DNA from: Craspedostauros australis
Lineage: Eukaryota
Reading direction: 5' to 3'
Length of the DNA: 64,000 bases
Assembly: GCA_030167865.1 (NCBI GenBank)
Contig: JALAGF010001625.1
Span: forward strand, 1 to 64,000
Shown: in pieces, positions 49,592 to 60,307 of the stretch
How positions within the stretch are numbered: the stretch's first letter is position 1
Layout of the letters: each line of letters begins with the position of its first letter
Position numbers and translations under genes: made by a program
The notes under the pieces: model-generated
Database searches by the model: none
Told to the model about the DNA's origin: nothing
What the model saw: the letters and a program-made list of their open reading frames with translations, nothing else

Positions 49592-51163
49592 ATGCGAGAG
49601 GCAGAGATGATGATGGTGATGAAGATGGTGGAAGAGGAGCACGCACCACCTTCTTTGTTGGCAGATGCGAGAGTCACACCCGACGACCGAGAAGCGCGGC
49701 CTTCATCGAATCCAAGAAGCATTTTCGACGCGGCAAGGCAGGTCTCCAACGAAGATGGTCCTGGGCATCAACATTGGCATCAGCATGGGCAACAACGGCG
49801 ACGACAAGGCCATGGGCGCATCAGATGTCGGAGACAGCAGCGGGTCAAGCGAACGTGGAAACGTCCGCAGCAACCGACGGATGAAGTGTCGTCGTCGGCA
49901 GAAATGACAACTGTGGCAAAGACAACAAGCGCAATGCAGCGAGAGAGTTGCGTTGACGGATCAGATGAAGTTGATAAAGTCCAAAGCCAAGGCCAAGGCC
50001 AATGCCAAAGCCAAAGCCAAAGCCAATGCCAAAGCGACATTGCGACTCCCATCACCTTCGCCGTGCCACATGCACTGCCTACGATGTGGGTTGCACACAA
50101 TGCTGTCAACAGCCTGTGTCGATACCTCCTGTACACGCATGGCATGATCCCGCTTCCCGCATCCGACATCCTTGCATACGACGGTGTCCAACGGGGCGCG
50201 ACGTCAGCGTATCCGCTTCAGCTGCGACGCAAGATACAGCGCTGCAAACGCGAGCTCATTCGGCTATCGGAACAGTGGGCCCAGCTGTCTCGATGGCTGC
50301 TACTGTCTAGGAATGGCCGTGGAAGCGCGGTTGGGAATGAGGGCGATGCGCAGCACTCATGCCACGCGATGGTGTCGATCGGACCAAGCTGGTCCAAACC
50401 TCACATTGCATACGTTGTCGATCTTGCTGGCCTTGCGCATGTTGGTGAGGTTTCTGCTCCGAGTGAGGTTGATGGGGTGGATGGCGTTGTTGGAACCCAA
50501 GCAATCTCATCAAATGGCGTGCCGCTCACGGTCAAGCACGAGGCCATGCTTGAACGTAAGCTCCTGCGCGCCGTTGTGTTGCATCAGCAGCAGGAAGAGG
50601 CAAGGCTATTGGCGGAAGCATCACGGCATCAGGGGCACCATCAGAGTGAAAATGGGCTTCAACGTCAACACCAACACCTGCGTAGAGCATCCAATCGATC
50701 GCGCGGAACACGAAGAGCACGCCGATCCACCGCGAATCTCAAGCTCTACGTGAGTGCGTGGTTCGACGACTGGAGCAGTTTGGGGTCTGCGGTGATGGGA
50801 CAGGAAGAGGAGGGCGCGGTTGCATCATCAACGTTGGCAGAACATTGCATCGTTCGTCCAGCAACGGCTGAGGTTTCGGCAGGAGGCGGTAAACTCTGGA
50901 ACCCGAAGGCATGCGAGCGAATGCGGTGTCTGCAGGATATCGCGGACAGCTGCAACCTGGTGTCCGTATCTCATGATGGCGTCGCCTCCAATGGTGGTCT
51001 CCAAGACCGCTACAGCTTCTGTGGATTGGACGGTACCAATGAAAGTACTTTGGATGATTCAGAGATGACAGAAAAATACATGGGCACACGGGCGAGCGGA
51101 ATAGCAAGACCCAACGGGGCATGGGTATCCCTGAGGTCCACCATCAAAGGATTTCGAATGTAA
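49592..51163 (+). CDS. Probable p31comet/MAD2L1BP-like HORMA-fold protein (true start may be downstream, e.g. 49904)
   Basis: Colinear motifs LCRYLLYTHGMIPLP, RRKIQR, VSIGPSWSKPHIAYVVDL, ERKLLRAV and terminal WVSLRSTIKGFR parallel recalled p31comet motifs. Confidence 0.6.
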   Translation: MREAEMMMVMKMVEEEHAPPSLLADARVTPDDREARPSSNPRSIFDAARQVSNEDGPGHQHWHQHGQQRRRQGHGRIRCRRQQRVKRTWKRPQQPTDEVSSSAEMTTVAKTTSAMQRESCVDGSDEVDKVQSQGQGQCQSQSQSQCQSDIATPITFAVPHALPTMWVAHNAVNSLCRYLLYTHGMIPLPASDILAYDGVQRGATSAYPLQLRRKIQRCKRELIRLSEQWAQLSRWLLLSRNGRGSAVGNEGDAQHSCHAMVSIGPSWSKPHIAYVVDLAGLAHVGEVSAPSEVDGVDGVVGTQAISSNGVPLTVKHEAMLERKLLRAVVLHQQQEEARLLAEASRHQGHHQSENGLQRQHQHLRRASNRSRGTRRARRSTANLKLYVSAWFDDWSSLGSAVMGQEEEGAVASSTLAEHCIVRPATAEVSAGGGKLWNPKACERMRCLQDIADSCNLVSVSHDGVASNGGLQDRYSFCGLDGTNESTLDDSEMTEKYMGTRASGIARPNGAWVSLRSTIKGFRM

Positions 51164-52377
51164 TCGTGCATGTCAAGGGTAGATGTACAATACGTTGGCT
51201 TGTGTCTCGAGTAGAGTAGAGTACTCGTGTCAATCGGGAGACCGGAAGCAAACATAAAAGTCATCCTCGTAGCCTGATGCCGTCCAAAGAAAGAGCGATG
51301 CTGTTTGCCATAGATGTCACATCGAAGGAAAGACGAGCAGAGAGAGCTGAAACAAATTGTGGAGTGAGCCGTTCATCGAAAAAAGCGTGCACAACGCACT
51401 CCAATAGAGGTGCTCCATGTCGTATCCCTGTCAACTCTCAAGTCGCTTTCGAGAACGACAAACATTGAAAAATATTCAAAGATGAACAAATAGATACCTC
51501 ATAGTGTGAGAGATGCGCGACCGCAACATCGAAGTCATTACGCACGACCAAAAAGACGACGCAACGCAAATCAGTCGTTCCGAACGGCTCTTTTGGTGGT
51601 GGCGGTTAAGTTTCTTGTTGCGCCTTTTCCCTCTGCGTCGTGGGAAAGGAACAAAGACCATGGAGGGAAGAAATCCATCATCGAGAAAAGAGGCACAGGT
51701 GCGGGACGGGATCGCACTCGCATGGCAGCACAAGCACAAGCCTGCACCAATCCTCCACTCCACTCCATTCCACTTGACATCGTCATACCACATTTGTATG
51801 TTATTAGTGCATACCAATATAATACAGCGCTACAGCACTACAGCACTTCATCTTCATGCTCATGGCATCAGCGTACGACCCATCTCAAAGCATCCGTCCA
51901 TTCATTGCAAAGCAAAGCATCCATTGCTAAGCGCAGTCTGTTCCATTCCCATTCCCATTCGCAGTTGAGGAAGACCCAAGCAACAGACCAACAGACCAAC
52001 AGACCAACAATCCACGCCGGTTACCACTTCAGGCCTCTCCTCGTCGGTCATTCATCAATCCGAGCCATCAATCTGAGCCACCGACTGGTCCAATCGATTG
52101 ATCCAATCCATCAATTGACTCACTCAATCAATTGAAGCAGAGTACCCACAGCACCGAAGGCACCGCTGTGACCGATTGATCGACTGATCGACTGACCAAC
52201 TGGCAGGTGCTTCCACTCCATCTGCTATCACAAAAGATCCGAGCAGGGTCCGATCAATCAAGGCAAGCGTCGAGATCAGGTCAGAAACTCCAAGACCAAG
52301 CAAGACGGCACATAGAGCTTCAATTGGACAGCAACAAGGCATCGCTACGGGTCAACAAAATCAAGGGCGAAGGCAAG

Positions 52378-55300
52378 ATGCTGTTCCGAATGACCGCAGC
52401 CTTCGCGCTGCTGGGATTGCCAGCAAATCCGGTGCTTGCGCAGACGCAGTCGCTGCTTGGAGGCCGGTATACGACCACAGCAGATGTGTCTGGAATTCTG
52501 CAGCTGGCGCAGGACACTGTGGACATGAAGGAGACATCAGATACGGAAGAAAAGGCCACCATCTATTCCCAAGGTCGTCATGCCACCAATGGCGGCGCCA
52601 ATGAGTGAGTCATGCAATTGTGCCCAAGATTTGCTTGTGGCCATCACCTAGTCTGCCTTGATCAGCATCTGTGTGTTCATGTTCACGGCATCATCCACGT
52701 CCGTATTCATGAGCAATACGAATGCTTCTGTGGATGCTTCTGTGGGTGCTTCTGTGGGTGCTTTTGTGGATGCTTCTGTGGGTGCTTTTGTGGATGCTTT
52801 TGTGGATGATCACACACCAACATTCAACAACTCCACAACTCCATACACTCACCATGTCTTGAATTCTTTGTCACACAACACGATTGTGCAACCAACCTTT
52901 CCGTGCGACACTTGCACTATGCCAACCCCCCAACGACATGCACAATGCACACTGAACAATGCACTCCCCCACTCATGCTCCATCAAAATATCAACACAAT
53001 ATCAACACAATACTCGCGCTATGCGTTACCTCTGGTCTTCTCTGCAACGATGAAATCACGAACTGGCGATCTGACCGAAACTGACCGAACTGACCGAAAC
53101 TGACGAAATACATATGATCCAATATACTTCATCGGAAACTCGCTTCGCACAACCAACAAAACAACCAAATATTCTACAATACATGACACCATACTCAATA
53201 CCCAATTCTGCAATGCATCGCAGCGAGAGGCTATCGTTGGCAGATCTCAGTCTGGAGGCTGGCAAGGAAATGAGCAAAACACCATATTACAATATCTACC
53301 GCCACGGGTTCCTCGTGCTCGGCGATGTCGACGAGGGGGAACCAAATGGCAACTTCGACGGTCAGCCCGCATCCAATTACGCCGACACCATCGTCAACGA
53401 TCTCTTCGACCTTGATATTCCAAACATCGAGACGGATGCGGCCCTCGTCATGAACGTCTGGATGGCGGCCGTGCACGAACTATTCCTCACCGCAAGAGAA
53501 TGCAAGGCCAACAACCCCGACCGGGCGCTCGAGAATCTGGACCGCTCCATCGCCCTGTGGATCGGTGACGGCGAAGTGCAAGGTCAGAACGACAGGGGGC
53601 ACATGCTCTACAACCTGGCACAGAAGGTGGGCACCAGATTTGGCCAAGACGGACCAGACGGAGAAACCAAGGTCAACACCGACCTCATCAACAAGTTCCT
53701 CATCTTGCAGGCGGACATCAGCCAAAACAACAAGTGCGCCGAACCCGCATACTACCTGACGATCCGCAAGATGGTCAAGGACATGATCTCCATCATGACG
53801 GTGCCTCTGGCGCAAAACCTCATCCATCATCTGTGGAACATCGAGAACGAAGGCAACTCGGATCTCATCGAGCTATACGCCCTCTCCCTCCTTCCGCCTG
53901 TGGCGACGTGCGACCCTGACGTCTACAGATCGGAGCTCAGGCACACGGTCCTCAAGACCACAGCGGTCGCCGACAGGGACGACGCCATCAGCGAGCTGCA
54001 ACGGGCCTTCAGCTGCCTCGGCATCACCTGCGAAGACGTCGGTGCCTACAAGGGCAGCGAAGTGCCACAGTGCACCGACCCCGTCGGCCTCAACCTGGTC
54101 GGCTACTCCTCCGATTCCAGGGACACCGCACGCATTCGCTCCTACGTCGATCGCGACATCTCGCAGATCGGCGTCTTCATCAAGTTCGAAGACATCGGCA
54201 GCGCCATCGACTGGTACGAATTCGGATGGAACTCCAGAACCACGACCCTCCTGGACCTGGCGCAGAATGCGCTCTTCTCCAGTTCCGAAAATTCACTCTT
54301 CACGACGTTCCAATCGTACTACAACGATCCCATGTTCGCTCATGACTTCATCATGTCCGTCCTGCAACGCACGGGCCCCAACTACGTCCTCGCATCCACC
54401 CAGCAGGTGCGCCTGCTCGTCACATCATACCTCCAGTACGTCGTTCTCTTCTTCTCAGCCACGGCCTCTCTCGAGGCAGCCGCCACCAACTGCGGCAGGG
54501 ACCAACCCCTCGCGCTGGAACATCTGGATTCCGCCGTTGCCTACTACGCTGGCAGCATCGAAGGTCCCGAACAGCAGGGCAGCTCCGAGGATGCAGGCAC
54601 CTTGCTCTTCAGCGTTGCCAAGGACTACTGCGCCGAATTCGATACCTGCAACCCTTCCGTCTCGCAAATCCCAATCGCCAAGGCCAACGTACAAATCATC
54701 GAGGGCTTCAAGCTGTCCGCAACCAACATCAAGGCCTCCAACTGCGATGCCTTCGAAAAGTCCATCGAGGACGTCTTCGGCCGCTACATCCCCGTCCCCC
54801 TGTACCAAGGACTTCTGCGATACGCCTCCATCAACGCCAACCTGCCACCGGGAACTTCCGAGAACGAGAGCCTCAGCGTGGGATTCGCCTTCTCCCAGGC
54901 GCTCCTTCCCATCATCAACTACGCCAGCGAGGACTCCGCGGTCATCATCGGCCGCAACATGAACTTCGACACCACCAACCCAGTGCAGGATGGATTCGAC
55001 GCTGTGGCGGATGCTCTGCGTTCTGCGATGGCAGGTCTGGAGACCAAGTGTGGCGACATCGGCGTGTACAAGGATGCGCCCTCATCCGGCGATCTCTGCG
55101 CATCCCGCGTCATGCCCACCGTGGCGCCAGTCTCACCACCCGTCATGATCCAGCCAACCTTCGCGCCTAATCCAGATCCCACCTTCGCACCCATCGGCGA
55201 CGTGCACCCGACCCCGGCCACCATCGACCAACTGGCCTTTGGACGCTATACATTCAAGAGTTTGAATTTTGCCACTGCCGACGCTGCATTCGCTGATGAC

Positions 55301-58300
55301 ATCAAGGCCATGTTCCAAGCGGAGGATGCGTCCGCTGCCCAGGAGATCTACACCAACGGAGGCAACACTTCCTCCGAACCATTGTCGGGGGAGATCGGCG
55401 TGACGACGCTGTCGCAGCTGAGTACCATGGCAGTGGAGTACATGTCCAAAGACCCCATGTTCAACATCTTCAAGTACGCCCTGTACGATGACGTCGATCT
55501 GCCCGACCAAGACGAGACGGATTTCATCTACGCGGACGACATGGTCCAGGAGGCTCTCAGCGTCCCCGAGGATCCGAAGCTCGCAGCGGAGGCCGCTGTC
55601 ATCCTCAATGTCTGGATGGTCATCACGAACCGCCTGTACGGCGCAATTCGTCTCTGCAACAACGATGCGGATGCCAGCACCCTCATCGATTCTGCCGTTG
55701 CGCTCTGGATTGGCAACGAACAGGCAGAGGGCAAGTACGATCATGGATGGATGATGTACTCCATCGCGCAATCTGCAGCGAAGTACTTTGGACTGCCAGA
55801 GGCCGAGGCCAAGGTCAACACGAAGCTCATGGATCTCTTCAACGACGCACAAGGTATTGCCGCAACATGCCAATCTAGCGACACCGCAGTCCAAGAACTA
55901 CGCATCAAGAGCGACGAGATCATCCGGCTGCTCACCATCCCGCTCGTGCAATCCCTCATGTTCCACATGGTTGAGAACAACCGCAACATGGTGGACATGT
56001 ACGCTGTCGCTGTGCTGCCACAGTGCGTGGCATGCGACCCCACGGCTCATGACAACCTCATCGATGTCACGTACGATGACTACGACCGCGCCGACTCCTT
56101 CACGGACGAGATCAAGGACAGTCTTGCCTCGTTCCTGCGGTGCTTGCGCATCACCTGTGACGACCTCGAAGTCACCGACAGTGCGGGACAAGGCCTCAAA
56201 AACTTTGTCGATGACATTTGCGTCCGGTTGGACGATAGCAAACCAACGCCCATCGCTGGCTATGCACCCACCAACAACGTGGTCGAAGAGTCCAGGATGG
56301 ATCTAGATGTGATGCAAGTGCAGATCTTCATGACTACGAAGGCGTATGACGCCGCATACGACGTGTACACGTACGGTCGAAACAGCCTCATGGAAGATGG
56401 CAAATCGCTTCGCACATTGAAGCAGCTCGCCACATCCAGCGATCGTTCTTCGGTGGCCCTCTTCGATGGCTTCAAGACTTACTATGGCAACGACAGGAAC
56501 TTCGCCCACGATCAAATCAAGGCAGCGATGGCGCAGACCGGGATTTATGAAAATGCGGGCCGCAAGCAGCTTCAGCAGATTGTGGAGCGCACGTTGCAGA
56601 CCAGCGTGATGTACCTTGCGGTGTTCTGGAACCTCCAGCACGCACTCGACGCGTGCAACAACGATGATATGGAAACGGCATCGAAGGCGTGGGACAGATC
56701 CGTCGCGTACTACGTGGGCTCCATCGAAGGCCCGATGGCGGGCGGCCAAGAGGATGGCGACGGAGAGATGCTCTTTGCACTCGCGAATGAAATGTGTGAC
56801 GAGTTCGACTACTGCGCAGGCAATGGAGGTTCCAAGCTGAACGAAGACATGCTCAAGCACTTCCGGGACGGACAGGACGCCATCGCCCAAAAGCACTGCG
56901 AGACCCTCGAGCGCACCATGACGTGGGAGGTGCTCCCAACCGCCACCGTGCCACTCATCCAGGGAACGCTCTATTATGCCATCATCAATGACCAGGCAAA
57001 CATCACGGGAGAGGAGGCCAGCGTTGCTGCTGGGTCCGCGATTGCATACGCCGTCGGCCCGCTGGTGAATGCCGCCAACTCGACCAGCGGAGAGACGATC
57101 AAGCGCAACTTCGACTTCTCGCAGCCCGCCATGCAGGACGGTGCAGCGAAGGTCTTCGAAGCAATCACCTACTCGCTGAGGGGCATCGGACTGGACTGCA
57201 ACGACATTGGCAAGCCAAAGAACGGAGACGGCCTCGATCCGTGCACCGTTATGATCGATGACAACCAGGACGGCGTCACCGATGCCACCGTCAAGCCAGT
57301 CGCACCCCACCAGGACACCGAGACCAACCTCGGAGAAGGGCTGTACGTCGCCACAACCTACGTCGAGGATCGTGCGGACATCGCCTTGGACATCAAGGGC
57401 ATGCAGGGTGGATTGAATCAGAAAGAAACCGAACTCGCCAAGGTGATTTACGAATCCGGACAAAACTCCAACATCTACGACGAGAATGGCCAATTCGTGG
57501 CACTCCGGAGCTTCCAGAAGATGTCCACCGAGGAGACTGCCAATATGTCATTCATGCCACTGTTCAATGTCTTCATGTACGCGCTCCAAGACAGTGACGG
57601 AAATTTCGATGGCAAAGACGCTCGTCTTTACGCTGATACGTTGGTGCAGGAAACGTTCACAGTTGCCACCCAGCCAGGCGAAGTGACGTACTTGCCGGCC
57701 GAAGCAGCAACTGTCCTCAATCTTTGGATGTTCATCGTGTATACATTGGAGAAGACGCTCTCGCTTTGCGAGCAGAAGAAGATTCGGGGGGATGATGGCA
57801 TCTCCGCAATGGATGAAGCCGTCGCGTACTGGATCGGAGATGGTCAGATCGCCGGCGATGGAGAACGCGGGCATTTGCTGTACGCCCTCACCGAGAACAT
57901 GGCGGAAATCTTCGACACCGAGGTGGCTGGTCAAGCCAGGGCGAACACCAACCTCCTCAAGCTGTTCAACTCGGCCAAGAACGAGCTCTCCCTTTCCAAC
58001 GCATGCTCCAACAGCCCAGCCACGTACATCCAGCTGCGTGCGCGGGTTTACGACATCATCGGCCAGATGTCAGTGCCGCTCATCCAGGGCCTCATTGACA
58101 GTCTCAGGACAAACGACCGTCCACGAGTCAAGGTTTACGCTCACGCGTTCGTGCCCATGGTGTCGCAGTGCGATCCAGTCATCTTCGGATACCTGAAGGA
58201 CAAGCTCCTTGACATGACGTACAACGTCGTGGATGTGGACACCATCGTTGAAAAGGTTCAGACCGTGTACCCCTGCCTGGGACTGACGTGCTCTGATATC

Positions 58301-59725
58301 GGAGCCCATTCCAGCGCGAGGAATGATCTGGCAGCTGGCAACAAGGCCGAATGCAGAGATCCCAGCGTCCGCACGAAGATGGCAGGGTACGCGCCTACCA
58401 CGGATGTTCGCGAATTCGCATCGCTCGATCTCGACATCCTCCAGCTCGATATCCTCCTTCAAATGAAGGCATACGACGCTGCGAAGGAGGTGTACATGTT
58501 CGGCAAGAACGTCCGGGAGGAGGGAGCGAACGGAGGCAGCCTCAGCCTGTCTCACTTGGCCACCACATCGGAGCGTTCCATCGTCCCCGAATTCGATGCA
58601 TTCAACAGATACTTCAATTCCGGTGATTATGCAGACAAGATAATCTTGGATGCTTTCGATGGAAGCGACATGTCCGACGACGCAAGGCGATTGGTGATCC
58701 TTCGATCCTCGCAGGTCCTCGTCATGTACTTTGCCGTCGCGCAGGCAATCCTTGAGGCTGTCGATGAATGCGAAACCGTGAAGGCAGCAGTGTCCGCGAA
58801 TGCCGTCGGTACTCCAGGAGTCAACGCAGCCTGGGATCGTGCTGCCGCGTTGATGATCGGCAGCCTTGAGGGCAGCGAGAACAATGGCTCCGGCAACGGA
58901 TTCATGTTCTACAACATCGCTCAAGAGCACTGCGTCGAGTTCGGCACGTGCAAGTCTCCGGACGACAACTCCAGAGTGAACGAAGAAATGGTCACCCTCC
59001 TGTTCGCAGGACGCGGCGCTGTTATCTCCAACAGCTGCGACGCGCTGCGCAAGACGGCTGGCGAGCTGAAGGCTCTGACCCTGATCCCAATGATCCAGGC
59101 CACCCTCAGCTCCGCCCTTCGTCTCGGCCGAGACTTTTCCGCGGCCAACCGGGCCGAGGGCGATATCCTCGCGAAGTCATTGGTTCCGCTGGTGCAGAAC
59201 TCCAATCGCGATTCCGCCAAGGTTCTGTCCGACACCATGCTGAATCCAAGCTACGATTCCAGGAAGAAGGCTCGGATCGCCCCAGATGTCTTCAGCGCCT
59301 TGGCCAACGTCTACGGCGACCTGGACGTCGACTGCAACCTCATCGGAGACGCCGGAGGGTACGACGCCTGCAGCGGCGCTGGTGTCAGCTCGGACGGCAA
59401 GAACCCCGGTGTGATCGCTGGAATCGTTCTCGGCGTAGCAGCCGCGGTGCTGATCATCGTCGCTTGCGCATGCCGCTTCTGCAAACGCAAGAAGACTGAG
59501 CAGAAGAGACTGCCCGAGAACAACCCAACCTTCGTCACTGCCAACGGCGAACTGAATCACTCGATGGACCTGCTGACGAAGGCCTTCTCATCGAACTCGC
59601 ATTCGCGCAACCCAGTCGACACCGAGGAGATGAAGGGATTGAACGATGCGTCACCGACAGTCGATGATGACTTCGAAGAGTCGCCGGCACTTCTGTCGAA
59701 GGGCCGTGGCACGGACATCATCTAG
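52378..59725 (+). CDS. Giant multi-domain FEA1/ISIP2a (phytotransferrin)-like type I membrane protein, paralog 2 (about 2242 aa); exons 52378-52604 and 53224-59725
   Basis: Signal peptide MLFRMTAAFALLGLPANPVLA. Six repeats with motifs such as IAGYAPT..DLD, WDRSVAYYVGSIEG, VPLIQGTLYYA and CxDIG. TM VIAGIVLGVAAAVLIIVACAC at about 59411-59473. Phase-2 intron GTGAGT...GCAG. Confidence 0.85.
52723..52806. repeat. 12-nt minisatellite TGCTTYTGTGGR x7 in the paralog 2 intron
   Basis: Seven consecutive units read directly from the sequence. Confidence 0.95.
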
Positions 59726-60307
59726 AGTCGAGCAGAGTGCTTGGGGGTAGGGTGGCGAGGTGACTGGAGCCACCTATTATATGTGGCAGTCTGCTCTGCC
59801 ATACTGTGCTCTGTTCTAATCGAGTGGTGTGTCTGTGGTTGGACTCAAGGGGAAGCTGAACCTACTCGAACGCTAGCACGTGACGATCTGGAGTATGCCA
59901 TGCCATGCCATGCCATACCATGCCATGCGATGGCGTGACTTGTGGAGTAGGTTCGACCATCCTCCTCCCCCCCCCCCATTCTTGCAAAGGGAGCAAGAAA
60001 AGGGCGCCGGAGATGGTTACTCGAGTCAGCGACGTCGCCAACACCAACACCGATCGCAGCAGCATTGTGGCGAGCCTTTTCGTCTCCACAACGCGGCTGT
60101 TTGGAGGTGTCTCAGCCAGCGATGGTTGATAGTAGCAAGGATACCACTGATGAAAACAGCACCCTTGCAACGTATCCGCATTGTATTATTCCTATTGTTT
60201 TAACGCTCATGCGACTGTATTACATAATAGATTACACAGGAGTCCTCAACAACGATGACGCAGCGCGCATGCATTCGTTGGTACAGAGCGCCGATCTAGA
60301 GCCCTCC

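Noticed and set aside
52612-52809. ORF with (CFCG)n repeats resembling a metallothionein; regular 12-nt repeats superficially array-like
   Set aside because: Translation of an intronic minisatellite; no spacers and no cas genes, so not CRISPR.
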